IMG/VR virus record: IMGVR_UViG_3300020380_000001
Coordinates: 1-64,000 of that record
Length of the DNA stretch: 64,000 nt
Direction: 5' to 3' (one strand)
Below the pieces are notes generated by a model, which was not told the origin of the DNA, made no database searches, and was given only the letters and a program-made list of their open reading frames with translations. Positions within the stretch are counted from its first letter, which is position 1, and each line of letters opens with the position of its first letter. A program made the translations under genes and the position numbers. Below are positions 48,844-58,598 of the stretch, piece after piece.

Positions 48844-49206
48844 GTGCCCTATAACCAGAGGTTTATTATGACAGAAGAAATCATGCACAGTCCGTTTCCT
48901 TCAGATTCAACTGAATTCAAAAAAGCGTATTGTCAATTACTTGCTTTCGTAAAGCAAAAAGAGTCTAAAGCGACGGTGATATCACAGCTCGAAGCTTTGG
49001 AAAAAACACTACTAGTTGACATGAATGCCGCTATGTGGGCTAAAACACCTACGAACTTCGAATACACTGTTCGTATGTTTGTTGAGTACGGTATAGACCG
49101 CAAGTTTATACGACTACGACAGCGGTTCCCTAACCCTAAGAAGTTGGCCATCATGTTATTCCGTACCATTAGAGTAGCAGTGGAGCGAATGGATGAGCCT
49201 AACTAA
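48844..49206 (+). CDS. hypothetical protein (start likely ATG 48868)
   Basis: GAGG RBS; ORF in the recombination operon. Confidence 0.7.
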   Translation: MPYNQRFIMTEEIMHSPFPSDSTEFKKAYCQLLAFVKQKESKATVISQLEALEKTLLVDMNAAMWAKTPTNFEYTVRMFVEYGIDRKFIRLRQRFPNPKKLAIMLFRTIRVAVERMDEPN

Positions 49207-49657
49207 CTGGTTTTATGTAGTTAGTAGTGACTTGTCACGCATTCCGGACGCGGTTGCGTTTTACGAGAAAGAGTATGAAGAGGGTAGGAAGTTTCTACCC
49301 TTGGAAGGCGCGATATCCCGTAAGTGTGGCCAGCTTGCTACTGTAGTTGACAAGTACTACGCCTATTACCAAGAGATAGAGGCAATACTGGAACACTTGA
49401 ATATAGAACAGAAAAAAGTTCGTGCGCAAGTGTTTAAGAAATACCTCGAAAATTACCAGCGTTCGTTAAGTTCCCGTGACTGTGAGAAATACTGCGACGG
49501 TGATCCTGCAGTAATTAACGTTGCGATGCTAGTTAACGAATGGTCTCTTGTGCGAAACAAGTACCAAGGATTGCATAAATCTTTGGAAAACATGAACTGG
49601 ATGATCGGGCATGTTGTTCGCTTGCGAGCTGCTGGCCTTGACGACGCTCATTTTTAA
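49193..49657 (+). CDS. uvsY: recombination mediator UvsY-like
   Basis: Helical, Y..Y.R.LSSRD..KY.DGD motif, position after uvsX. Confidence 0.7.
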   Translation: MSLTNWFYVVSSDLSRIPDAVAFYEKEYEEGRKFLPLEGAISRKCGQLATVVDKYYAYYQEIEAILEHLNIEQKKVRAQVFKKYLENYQRSLSSRDCEKYCDGDPAVINVAMLVNEWSLVRNKYQGLHKSLENMNWMIGHVVRLRAAGLDDAHF

Positions 49658-49699
49658 TTTAGGACTAAATATAAGCGTAGGTATTATAAAGGAAATCAC

Positions 49700-49885
49700 A
49701 TGAAAGTTGACCCTCAGATTCGTTGGAGACAAGTAGTACCTTGGATCGAGTCAAAGAGTCAAAAGCGTAACGACTTACTCAGAACATCTGGATCGCCATG
49801 TGTAGATAATCCAATAGAACAAATTTATAAAAGTAGCTTCAAACCGAAACATCGAAAACCGTCTTATATTGACATTTATGTCTAA
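49700..49885 (+). CDS. small hypothetical protein
   Basis: CTAAATA at 49665 and AAGGA RBS. Confidence 0.55.
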   Translation: MKVDPQIRWRQVVPWIESKSQKRNDLLRTSGSPCVDNPIEQIYKSSFKPKHRKPSYIDIYV

Positions 49886-49953
49886 TTACTAATAGATGCA
49901 AACGTAGTTTCAGGTTAACGGGCTTAGATATAATACCTGCGCCGAATTCGATT

Positions 49954-51417
49954 ATGAAAACGGCAATTATAAAAATATTAGACGAAGTAAACGTCAAAAT
50001 AGAAGGCGCTGATCCACTAGTCAGACGTAAAATGGTAGACGCTTGTCGGTTCTTTGTACCGAATGCTCGCCATACACCTGCGTATAAATTAGGCCGTTGG
50101 GACGGGTACAAAAACCTATGTACTATCGGTGGTAGAACTTATCTAGCTATGCTGGAAAGAGTGTTGCCTATTCTAATAGAAGCAGGCTACCACGTTGATA
50201 TAGACGACCAACGCCAAGACTTTAGTTTCATTAAATTCGATGAGCTTAAGTCAGATTCCTACTCTCACTTTATATGGCCTGAGGGACACCCTTTCGAAGG
50301 TCAAGCCCTTTCTCTATATGATCACCAGCTAGACGTACTTAACGGTTGTGGTCAGAACTTACAAAGTGTTTATATTGCGCCTACTGCTGCCGGGAAGACA
50401 ATCGTCACAGCTATACTGAGTGACATGATAGGCAAGTATGGCGGTTCTCTCGTAATAGTACCAACTAAAGACCTTGTAGACCAGACATGTGAAGAATACC
50501 ACAACATGGGTTTGGATTACGGTAAGTTTTACGGGGACGAGAAAAACGTCACAGCGCAACATATAGTAGGCACATGGCAGTCACTTGAACAAGCGCGCCT
50601 TAACACTAAAAAGCAAAATGGCAAAGTTACTATTGAGCAAGTAATGGACGGCAAAGTCGGTGTTATTGTGGATGAAACACACAAAGCAAAAGGCACTGTA
50701 TTACTTGATCTACTTTGTAACGAAATGGCACATATTCCTATTCGCTGGGGACTAACAGGCACCTTACCGGAAGACGAGATTGGTCAGTGCTCGCTAGAGT
50801 GCGCGGTGGGTCCTACCTCTGGTAAAATAGATAACCGTGACCTGCAAGAAAAAGGTATCCTCAGTAAGTGTCATATAGATGTGTTACAGACTGTAGAGCT
50901 ATACGAAAAGATAGGCGACTATCATACGGAGAATAAGTTCTTAACAAGTGATCGTAAGCGTATAGAGAGCATAGTTGAGAAACTTATCTTACCTAAGAAA
51001 GAAGGCCAAAACGCGCTTATACTAGTTGACAAAATACCAACTGGCAAACTACTTGAAGAACTAATCCCGGGTAGTATTTTTGTTCACGGCGGTACCCCTA
51101 AAGACAAGCGTAAGGAAGCATACGACTTGGCGAAAACTAACGACGACATAACGGTAATTGCTACGACCGGGGTAGCGTCAACTGGTATCTCGATTAACCG
51201 TATATTCAAGCTGTTTATGTTTGAGTTAGGCAAATCGTATATCAAAATCATTCAGACGATAGGACGTGGCTTGCGTATTGCTAAAGACAAAGACTTTGTC
51301 AACATTTACGACATATGCGCAAACACCAAGTATTCTAAAAAGCACTTGACTGTGCGAAAGAAACACTATCGCACGCATGGATACCCGCACAAAGTGAACA
51401 AGGTGGAAATCTACTAA
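49954..51417 (+). CDS. uvsW: SF2 helicase UvsW-like
   Basis: APTAAGKT, VDETH, GLTGT, QTIGRGLR motifs. Confidence 0.9.
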   Translation: MKTAIIKILDEVNVKIEGADPLVRRKMVDACRFFVPNARHTPAYKLGRWDGYKNLCTIGGRTYLAMLERVLPILIEAGYHVDIDDQRQDFSFIKFDELKSDSYSHFIWPEGHPFEGQALSLYDHQLDVLNGCGQNLQSVYIAPTAAGKTIVTAILSDMIGKYGGSLVIVPTKDLVDQTCEEYHNMGLDYGKFYGDEKNVTAQHIVGTWQSLEQARLNTKKQNGKVTIEQVMDGKVGVIVDETHKAKGTVLLDLLCNEMAHIPIRWGLTGTLPEDEIGQCSLECAVGPTSGKIDNRDLQEKGILSKCHIDVLQTVELYEKIGDYHTENKFLTSDRKRIESIVEKLILPKKEGQNALILVDKIPTGKLLEELIPGSIFVHGGTPKDKRKEAYDLAKTNDDITVIATTGVASTGISINRIFKLFMFELGKSYIKIIQTIGRGLRIAKDKDFVNIYDICANTKYSKKHLTVRKKHYRTHGYPHKVNKVEIY

Positions 51418-51923
51418 TGATAAAAATGATTGCAGCACACGACACAAATAAAGGCATTGGTATTGACAATAAACTGCCCTGGCACTTGCCCGAAGACCTC
51501 GCTCATTTTAAACGCGAGACTGAAGGCAAATATGTCCTGATGGGTAGAAAAACTTTCGAAAGTATTGGAAGGCCATTGCCGAATAGGCACTCAGTTGTCT
51601 TGACACGTGATACCGAATGGCCTTATAATAGTGACTTGGCTAGTAATGATAACTTCGACACTTTGAACACGCGTGTTGAGCTGCTAGAGTTCTTAAACTA
51701 CGCTGAACAGCGCGGCGAAGATGTCATAGTTATAGGCGGCAGTGAGATTTACCAAATGCTGATTAAGTCAGCAGACGAGCTTATTATCACTGTCGTTGAG
51801 GGCGATTATAAGGTTGATTCTTATTTCCCTGATTACGAGCAACTTTTCGAAGAATACGAAAGAAGTCAGCACACAAGTAAAACTGGCTTAGGCTATACAA
51901 TAATAAGAATGAGAGCCGTATGA
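51417..51923 (+). CDS. frd: dihydrofolate reductase
   Basis: IGIDNKLPWHLPEDL..FK, MGRKTFESIGRPLPNR, IGGSEIY. Confidence 0.95.
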   Translation: MIKMIAAHDTNKGIGIDNKLPWHLPEDLAHFKRETEGKYVLMGRKTFESIGRPLPNRHSVVLTRDTEWPYNSDLASNDNFDTLNTRVELLEFLNYAEQRGEDVIVIGGSEIYQMLIKSADELIITVVEGDYKVDSYFPDYEQLFEEYERSQHTSKTGLGYTIIRMRAV

Positions 51924-52444
51924 AAATACTCACACCCGATAACACACTGTACGACTTGGATCAAATGCCTGACATGGTTGACGATGTCAAGTTCAGCGTG
52001 CTTGACTTCAGTAAAGGTCGCCGTAATATAGATGAGCCTGATTTTTACTTCAGTAGCTTAATCTTTATGGAGCGCTTTTCTACCCCTGCTGCGCTACTGC
52101 AAATAGGTGAATTTGAACTTAAAGTACCACTAAACTGGTCTATTATGATTACCAGTAATGAGTTTGATGAAATGTGCATGGTGCCTATTAACTCAATACC
52201 CAAGCGCAACTTTACCGCGTTCGTGTATAACCCGTTAAAAGGTGGCCTTCCATCAGCACTGCCTGTTGAAATTAAAACACTGTATCGCAACTATGAATGG
52301 CACGCGCCTAAGGTGAACCCGGCTAACTTGATTACTATGCCTATTAGTAATACAGAAAAAGCTATTAGAGGTCCACACTGCGTCTATATCGCACGCGAAA
52401 CAGCAAACGTTCCAAAGACATTCTCACTAGCGGATATACTGTGA
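51920..52444 (+). CDS. conserved hypothetical protein
   Basis: ORF coupled to DHFR. Confidence 0.75.
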   Translation: MKILTPDNTLYDLDQMPDMVDDVKFSVLDFSKGRRNIDEPDFYFSSLIFMERFSTPAALLQIGEFELKVPLNWSIMITSNEFDEMCMVPINSIPKRNFTAFVYNPLKGGLPSALPVEIKTLYRNYEWHAPKVNPANLITMPISNTEKAIRGPHCVYIARETANVPKTFSLADIL

Positions 52445-52445
52445 T

Positions 52446-52913
52446 ATGAGCACTACGAGCAAGCGTAAAATTGATCTTAAATCGATGTTGAACGCAGTTG
52501 CCATGGCTGACTTTGGCTGGTACGATCGCTTAGACGAAGACCAACAAAAAGAGCTCAGCGTTTATGCGCTCAATCGGTTTGTTAGTAATTCGTCAAAATA
52601 CCCTGATATGTCTATTATTATGGTAAATGACTTAGCCAACGTTCATGCGAACGTATTCTATAAGCACAAAGCGATGCACTGGAAGCTCGTATGTGCTGCA
52701 ATCGGCATGGGGCACGCTATGCGCTTTGAATATGTGCCTCCACCGAAGCGTAAAAAACTTGATCCTATGACTTCTATTGTTATGGAAGCCAATCCTTTAT
52801 GGAACGAGACTGAAGCCCAGATAGTACTAAGTAGTATGAGTAAGAAAGAAAAACGCATATATCTTAAAGACAGGGGCTATCAGAACGATGAAATTAAAAA
52901 GTTGGTTAAGTAA
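52446..52913 (+). CDS. putative clamp loader small subunit (gp62-like)
   Basis: Y.LNRFVS...D..I...N.L.N..........HW pattern reminiscent of gp62. Confidence 0.45.
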   Translation: MSTTSKRKIDLKSMLNAVAMADFGWYDRLDEDQQKELSVYALNRFVSNSSKYPDMSIIMVNDLANVHANVFYKHKAMHWKLVCAAIGMGHAMRFEYVPPPKRKKLDPMTSIVMEANPLWNETEAQIVLSSMSKKEKRIYLKDRGYQNDEIKKLVK

Positions 52914-53590
52914 TGTCAGATAAGTTTGAATGTAGATTTTGTAAGAAGAAGTTTTCTAAGGAAAATACTTTACTTGTCCATAAATGCATGAAGAAACAGC
53001 GGTACGAAGATCGTGACACTGTTGGCGCTCGCTTAGGGCTAGAAGCCTATAATTTGTTTCTAAAATCATGTTCAAACCGCAAACAAGAGACACAAGAGTC
53101 GTTTATACACTCCAAGTATTACAAGGACTTTGTAAAGTTTGGTAGAGCTCTGTGCGACTTAAACCCGCTTAGTACCGAGGATTATATCAAATACTTGGTA
53201 AAGGAAGGTGTAGCACTAAGCAAGTGGTGTCGTGCTGAGACGTACGACAAGTACATAATAAATCACCTAGAAACTGAACCGGTGCAGCGTGGACTTGAGC
53301 GCTCCATAACCGTGATGGCTGAATGGGCCGAGCGCAATAATATGGCGTATACTGATTATTTCAATCACGTGTCTACGTTTGAAGCAGTTTCTCATATTCA
53401 ATGTGGTAAAATAACACCGTGGCTTATGTACTTGAGTAACGGCGGACAAGCCCTTATGGAGCGTTTTAGTCAAGATCAGATTAAAATAATACAAGGTATT
53501 ATTAACCCTGGCGAATGGCAGCTTATTTTTAATCAGCGCCGTAGTGATGTTAACTTTGCTTTAGAGATTATAGATTCAGCATCCTTATGA
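52913..53590 (+). CDS. C2H2 zinc-finger-containing hypothetical protein
   Basis: FECRFCKKKFSKENTLLVHKC N-terminal finger. Confidence 0.7.
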   Translation: MSDKFECRFCKKKFSKENTLLVHKCMKKQRYEDRDTVGARLGLEAYNLFLKSCSNRKQETQESFIHSKYYKDFVKFGRALCDLNPLSTEDYIKYLVKEGVALSKWCRAETYDKYIINHLETEPVQRGLERSITVMAEWAERNNMAYTDYFNHVSTFEAVSHIQCGKITPWLMYLSNGGQALMERFSQDQIKIIQGIINPGEWQLIFNQRRSDVNFALEIIDSASL

Positions 53591-54219
53591 AAAGACATGG
53601 TGATATAGACATTGACGTCTGTGATCGAGACACACTGTTAAAAGAATTAAATCACATTGACGCTTCTATGTTAAATCGTAACGGCGCCCTAACCCGACAT
53701 AACGTTGGTGTATATGGGCACGCCGTGCCTGTAGATCCTTTCAGTAACTTGTGTTCACTTACATACACTGAGGCAGAAGAAGCAGGCTTTAAAAAAGTTG
53801 ACTTGCTTAACCTATCCAGTTTAAGCTTCTTTAAAAATAAGCGCCATTTGCGCAACGTCATAGCCAAAGACCCCGACTGGGATATGTTTCTCGATAAGGG
53901 TGTTGTTATGCAGTTGAGCCAGATATCGGGTCACTACGGGCTTCTACGAAAGAAACGCCCGCGATCCGTATTAGAGTTAGCAATGTTCATCGCGCTTATA
54001 CGCCCAGGTAAGAGTCATTTACGAGAAAAATCCTGGTACGAAATGTCTTCGGAAATATGGCAGAAAGGCACTGATGGCTATCAATTCAAAAAGAGCCACG
54101 CCATCGCATATGCCTTGAATATCGTTGCTGAAATGAACCTGATCAAATACGAGAAGGTCAAGCTGAATCAGTATGTAGATGTAATTACTGATCAAAAAGT
54201 TATTATCGACGATTTGTAA
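53587..54219 (+). CDS. miniature DNA polymerase III alpha (DnaE)-like protein (210 aa)
   Basis: GDIDID, RHNVGVY, GFKKVDLL, ALIRPG, YQFKKSHAIAYA match DnaE motifs PDxDxD, HxxG, KxDxL, ALxRPG, FNKSHxxAY. Confidence 0.75.
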   Translation: MKRHGDIDIDVCDRDTLLKELNHIDASMLNRNGALTRHNVGVYGHAVPVDPFSNLCSLTYTEAEEAGFKKVDLLNLSSLSFFKNKRHLRNVIAKDPDWDMFLDKGVVMQLSQISGHYGLLRKKRPRSVLELAMFIALIRPGKSHLREKSWYEMSSEIWQKGTDGYQFKKSHAIAYALNIVAEMNLIKYEKVKLNQYVDVITDQKVIIDDL

Positions 54220-54271
54220 ATTCTACTTGAAATAACATTCATAATTTGTTACCTTAGTTGTAAAATACAAG

Positions 54272-55183
54272 GTGAACCCTATGAATGTAGAAGAAAGACT
54301 GAGTAGAATCAACTCAGTGGTTGAATATTTTCACAACCAATACAGCGAGATAGACACCGCTACTGAGCGCCATAACATTTCGTACGCCAATAAGTTATCA
54401 CCGCGGCCAGCATATGCGGCTGCTTTAGTACTTGACCGCAACGTTATCCCTGTGGGTACCGGGTCATTGTGCTTAGATGGTCGCTATGAAATCAGCTATG
54501 TTATACGGGCTGGCCGCACGACTGGTGAGATACTCGAAATAGATACTCGCCTTCAACAAGAACCAGTGTCTGCAGGCCAAATCGACGTATGTATGCGCAC
54601 GGCAAATTCAGTAAACGGATCTCGCGACTTGGGATATCGTTCTCTGAGCGAAGCTACCGCGAATGTGTTTATTGCCGGCATGCTAGCCGAAGCACGTAAA
54701 ACGTCGCTTGAGTTCCAGTTAATCGTTCTTGACAAGGAAAACGAGACTGAATCTGTGTTTTCAATATCATCCACGGAACCGTCATCAAGTAGAAACTTGG
54801 AATCTTTTGACATCCAGTTTACTAATTTCGCACATTTGGGAATACCTGATTCTTGCATAACTATTGATCTGATGGTAGAAAATTCAGCGTTTACTAGCGT
54901 ACAACATAGCAGGACAATCGCACTAGGTGACGACCCAGTTAGTTACTATAGTGGTCCAACTAAGGTACAAAAAACGTTCAGTGGTTTTACTAATGCTAGA
55001 ACGGGCAACATGATGGTGCCTGATACTGTGCAGGTAATGTGGGTGACTGATGAAGGTGCCACAACATATGACAACTTTTTTGTATTCGTGAAAAAGGAGT
55101 GTCCGGAAGCAATCCCGCATCTTGTCTTGAATTACGGATACCCGGAGGATTTCAATGAACAAAACAATATCATTAAACCGTGA
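54272..55183 (+). CDS. hypothetical protein
   Basis: Long ORF after a promoter-like intergenic stretch. Confidence 0.7.
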   Translation: MNPMNVEERLSRINSVVEYFHNQYSEIDTATERHNISYANKLSPRPAYAAALVLDRNVIPVGTGSLCLDGRYEISYVIRAGRTTGEILEIDTRLQQEPVSAGQIDVCMRTANSVNGSRDLGYRSLSEATANVFIAGMLAEARKTSLEFQLIVLDKENETESVFSISSTEPSSSRNLESFDIQFTNFAHLGIPDSCITIDLMVENSAFTSVQHSRTIALGDDPVSYYSGPTKVQKTFSGFTNARTGNMMVPDTVQVMWVTDEGATTYDNFFVFVKKECPEAIPHLVLNYGYPEDFNEQNNIIKP

Positions 55184-55742
55184 CAATACGTTCTTTACCT
55201 CCGATTGGCATTTTGGTGACAAGAACATCATAAAAAATTGTAATCGTCCTTATAGTGATATGGACGAAATGCACGCTGCCTTAATTGATATTTGGAACGC
55301 AAAAGTTTCCGATGATAGCACTGTAGTTAATATGGGCGACTTTGCTTTCTGGGGACCGTCAAAGTTCAATGAGCTAGGTAACGTGCTTAAGCAGTTAAAG
55401 GGCAAGATACTATTTGTCCCAGGAAATCACGACCGGTTAAATCTATGGCACAATACGCTTGACGCGTATCCTGAGTTAAAAGATAAGGTGCGTATATTAC
55501 CGCCTGTCGCTGATTTTAGAGTCGGTAAACAACATATCGTCGGGTGTCACTACGCAATGATGATATGGAATAAGCAACACTATGGTGCTTGGCACTTATA
55601 TGGGCACTCCCATGATAGACACTTGACTGGTATTGGCCTAAGCATGAATATATGTATTGATGCTCACCCTAATTTTGATCTGTTCACATACGAAGAGATT
55701 GAAGAAAAGATATCAAAGTTAAAGATTTTCCTTCCGTTCTAA
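55155..55742 (+). CDS. calcineurin-like metallophosphoesterase
   Basis: SDWHFG, MGDF, PGNHD, CHY, HLYGHSH motifs. Confidence 0.9.
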   Translation: MNKTISLNRDNTFFTSDWHFGDKNIIKNCNRPYSDMDEMHAALIDIWNAKVSDDSTVVNMGDFAFWGPSKFNELGNVLKQLKGKILFVPGNHDRLNLWHNTLDAYPELKDKVRILPPVADFRVGKQHIVGCHYAMMIWNKQHYGAWHLYGHSHDRHLTGIGLSMNICIDAHPNFDLFTYEEIEEKISKLKIFLPF

Positions 55743-55837
55743 AAAATCAAATTAAACCTTGATTTGGCAGGAAGTAGAAATTATAATACTTTAAAATTTG
55801 GAACCCTTATAAAGTGTAAGGGTGTAAGGAGTATAAA

Positions 55838-57274
55838 ATGACAACACATTTTAACACGCAACACACTCCTGTAGAAGAAGTTACTGAAGTAGAAGCCCGT
55901 ACAACAAACGGCGCAGTAACTAACATCACTTCCGGTGAGAAATCACTTGATTTGTTCTTTGTGGCAGGTGCATCCCGTAACATGAGTGACGACGAAATCA
56001 TCATAATGTTTGATGACGCGCACGACGAAAACCCAGAACTGGCATTCCGTGTCTTGCAATGGGCTCGTGATGTGCGAGGCGGAGCAGGCGAACGTCGTTT
56101 CTTTAAAGTAATAATGAAACACTTGGTTGCTAACCAACGCACTTACGGTGCTAAGAACATCAAGGCGCTGCTGACCAAATCGTCTGAGATTGGCCGCTGG
56201 CGTGACTTACTTGACTTGTTCATCAAGTGCACTGATGCCAACAAAAAGTTCATCGGTAAGTTGTTTAACGAAGCGCTTGATTCAGGCAACGGTTTGGCTG
56301 CTAAATGGCTACCGCGCAAAGGTAAATTCGCACGCGCTGTTCGTACGTCTATGGGCTACAAGGACACGCCGAAGGAATACCGCCGCAAGATCGTTGACTT
56401 GACTAAAGTAGTTGAGACCCAAATGTGCCAGGGCAAGTGGGACGAGATCAATTACTCGCACGTACCGTCGGTCGCGTTTAAGAAATACCGCAAGGCATTT
56501 CAGCGTCATGACCCTGTACGCTTTGAAGCATTCATTCAATCAGCTATTGAAGGTGAAACAAAGGTCAACGCCGGTGCTATATTCCCGCATGAAATATTAG
56601 CGCCGCTTGGTAAGGGTAGAACCTCGTCAAAAACTGAAGTTGACGCCATGCAAGCACAGTGGCAAAACTTGGCTGATTCGATGGTAGACGCGCCCGATGT
56701 ACTGCCTATGATTGACGTGTCTGCGTCGATGAGCGGTGACCCTATGCATATTGCAGTGTCGCTAGGCATGTACTTGGCTGAACGCAACACTGGTCAATTT
56801 AAAAATGCGTACATGACTTTCGAGTCACAACCTAAGTTTGGCTTCGTGAAGGAAGGCGCAAAAATTGACGCTCGCTACAAGGATATTTTACGCGCAGGTT
56901 GGGGCGGTAGCACTGACTTGTCAGCGGCTTTTAAGAAAATCCTTGAAGTTGCTGTAAACAACAATGTTCCGGCTGATCATATGCCTAAAATGTTGCTTGT
57001 GTTATCTGACATGGAGTTCGATTCCTGGGGTAACCGCGGTCTTACATCCAATGTAAAAGACTTGTTTAAAAAGGCAGGCTACGAGTGTCCTACTATTGTG
57101 TTCTGGAACTTAGACGCTCGCCCTGGTAACAACCCAGTAAAAGCTACTGACAAAGACATGGTAATGGTGTCCGGATTTAGTCCGGCTATAGCGAAGACCA
57201 TAATGGAAGGCAAGGACCTGTCACCGATGGGAATAATGCTTGATGCTATTATGAAAGATCGCTATACACTGTGA
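55838..57274 (+). CDS. TROVE/VWA (Ro60-like, DUF2828-type) protein
   Basis: WARDVRGGAGER, GRWRDL, AAKWLPR, YS.VPS.A, MIDVSASM MIDAS, VLSDMEFD, IVFWNL, VSGFS motifs. Confidence 0.8.
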   Translation: MTTHFNTQHTPVEEVTEVEARTTNGAVTNITSGEKSLDLFFVAGASRNMSDDEIIIMFDDAHDENPELAFRVLQWARDVRGGAGERRFFKVIMKHLVANQRTYGAKNIKALLTKSSEIGRWRDLLDLFIKCTDANKKFIGKLFNEALDSGNGLAAKWLPRKGKFARAVRTSMGYKDTPKEYRRKIVDLTKVVETQMCQGKWDEINYSHVPSVAFKKYRKAFQRHDPVRFEAFIQSAIEGETKVNAGAIFPHEILAPLGKGRTSSKTEVDAMQAQWQNLADSMVDAPDVLPMIDVSASMSGDPMHIAVSLGMYLAERNTGQFKNAYMTFESQPKFGFVKEGAKIDARYKDILRAGWGGSTDLSAAFKKILEVAVNNNVPADHMPKMLLVLSDMEFDSWGNRGLTSNVKDLFKKAGYECPTIVFWNLDARPGNNPVKATDKDMVMVSGFSPAIAKTIMEGKDLSPMGIMLDAIMKDRYTL

Positions 57275-57299
57275 GGCGTAGTGCGCCCTAGTATTTAAA

Positions 57300-57323
57300 G
57301 AAGGGGCTTTTGGTCCCTTCTTT
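57300..57323 (+). terminator. terminator-like hairpin
   Basis: GAAGGGGC-TTTTG-GTCCCTTC-TTT. Confidence 0.6.
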
Positions 57324-57361
57324 CGCATTGCGAATAAATACATAAAAATACAGGGAGACAC

Positions 57362-57649
57362 ATGTACACGAGCTTTCAACTAAAGAGTTGCACAAAAACT
57401 CGATACTATATCAGAACAGTGAACATAAGTACGCATTGCATGTTGACTGACGAGTTACGGACGATATACGGTGAAGAGTTGTGTGAGGAAAAGTATGAAC
57501 CGGGCGTTGCCTTACTAAAAGGCTTTCGTGTTGAGTTTTATGAACTTGATGATTTTCTCAACACAGATATGGCCATAGACATAGACAACAATAAAAAGGA
57601 AACAATACGTGAAAGAACGCTATCAGGCATTGATTGCCCCGCTGCTTGA
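57362..57649 (+). CDS. hypothetical protein
   Basis: ATAAATA at 57334 and GGGAG RBS. Confidence 0.55.
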   Translation: MYTSFQLKSCTKTRYYIRTVNISTHCMLTDELRTIYGEELCEEKYEPGVALLKGFRVEFYELDDFLNTDMAIDIDNNKKETIRERTLSGIDCPAA

Positions 57650-58190
57650 ACTCGATCCTGGATTTCAAGAGTATTTTGATTTCGCATACGACGCGCATAG
57701 TGATCGAAAAAGAATCGGGACAAACGACCTATATATTATTCACCCTATTAACGTAGCGTTAAACGTCCTAGAAACGGGCTTGTCGCATGATGATAAGGTG
57801 ATGGCAATCCGTGTAGCAGTAATGCACGATGTAGTGGAAGACGAAGACGTAGAGCTTGTTACGGTAATTAATAAATTCGGTACTGAGTTTGCGTATCATC
57901 TGTATTACACTTATACAGAGATAACCAAGTCTTCTGGTAACCGCAAGTTTAGAAAAATACTTGAAGCCAATCACTATGCTGCTGGTACCCGAGTATCACA
58001 GACCGTCAAAGTGTGCGATGCTGCCGATAATATAATGACGATTCATTTGAAGTCGGGCCGCAAGTTTGCATATGATTATATGAATGAAAAAGTTACACTT
58101 CATCATAAACTTGCATTGGCCGATCCAATGGCTCTCAAGTTATTTGTTAAAAGAATGTCGATTGTTAAACAAGCGCTAAAGGCTGCCTAG
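57609..58190 (+). CDS. HD-domain hydrolase, RelA/SpoT hydrolase (Mesh1)-like
   Basis: AH...R......Y..HP..VA, AVMHDVVED, VKVCD..DN motifs. Confidence 0.8.
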   Translation: MKERYQALIAPLLELDPGFQEYFDFAYDAHSDRKRIGTNDLYIIHPINVALNVLETGLSHDDKVMAIRVAVMHDVVEDEDVELVTVINKFGTEFAYHLYYTYTEITKSSGNRKFRKILEANHYAAGTRVSQTVKVCDAADNIMTIHLKSGRKFAYDYMNEKVTLHHKLALADPMALKLFVKRMSIVKQALKAA

Positions 58191-58558
58191 CCCATATTAG
58201 TTACTAGTTTAACAACGCGCTTTTTACCGAATTTCTTCTGACACATTTCGTCTAAACTGACGTAGGGTCCGAACAAGACTTCTACGTCTTTTTCCCTGTA
58301 TGTTCGTACAGTATGCGAAAACGCTTGCATCTCTTCAAATAAATACACACCGATCGGGATTGATCTGTTTGTTTCCCACCACCAGTTCGAGCCAAGTTTA
58401 AGGAATAACACCTTTTCAGCGTGGTCCGTTAGTGCTTCGAAATCATAGAACGTAACGGCCTTACTCGCTACATTTTCAATAATTCCTAAATATTCGTCAT
58501 CTCCTATTTTTAAGCCAGTTAGGAAAGGAAATTTTTTAGTTAGTTCGTCTTGGGTCAT
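58187..58558 (-). CDS. conserved hypothetical protein
   Basis: FPFL......EYLGII.N, WWWETNRSIPI; convergent with the HD gene. Confidence 0.75.
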   Translation of the reverse strand: MTQDELTKKFPFLTGLKIGDDEYLGIIENVASKAVTFYDFEALTDHAEKVLFLKLGSNWWWETNRSIPIGVYLFEEMQAFSHTVRTYREKDVEVLFGPYVSLDEMCQKKFGKKRVVKLVTNMG

Positions 58559-58598
58559 TTTGTTACCTGCTAAATATCTTTAAAAAGGCATATTTGTT

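Noticed and set aside
55743-55837. Y RNA adjacent to the Ro60-like gene
   Set aside because: The intergenic space holds only a promoter and a short hairpin, too small and lacking a Y RNA-like stem.
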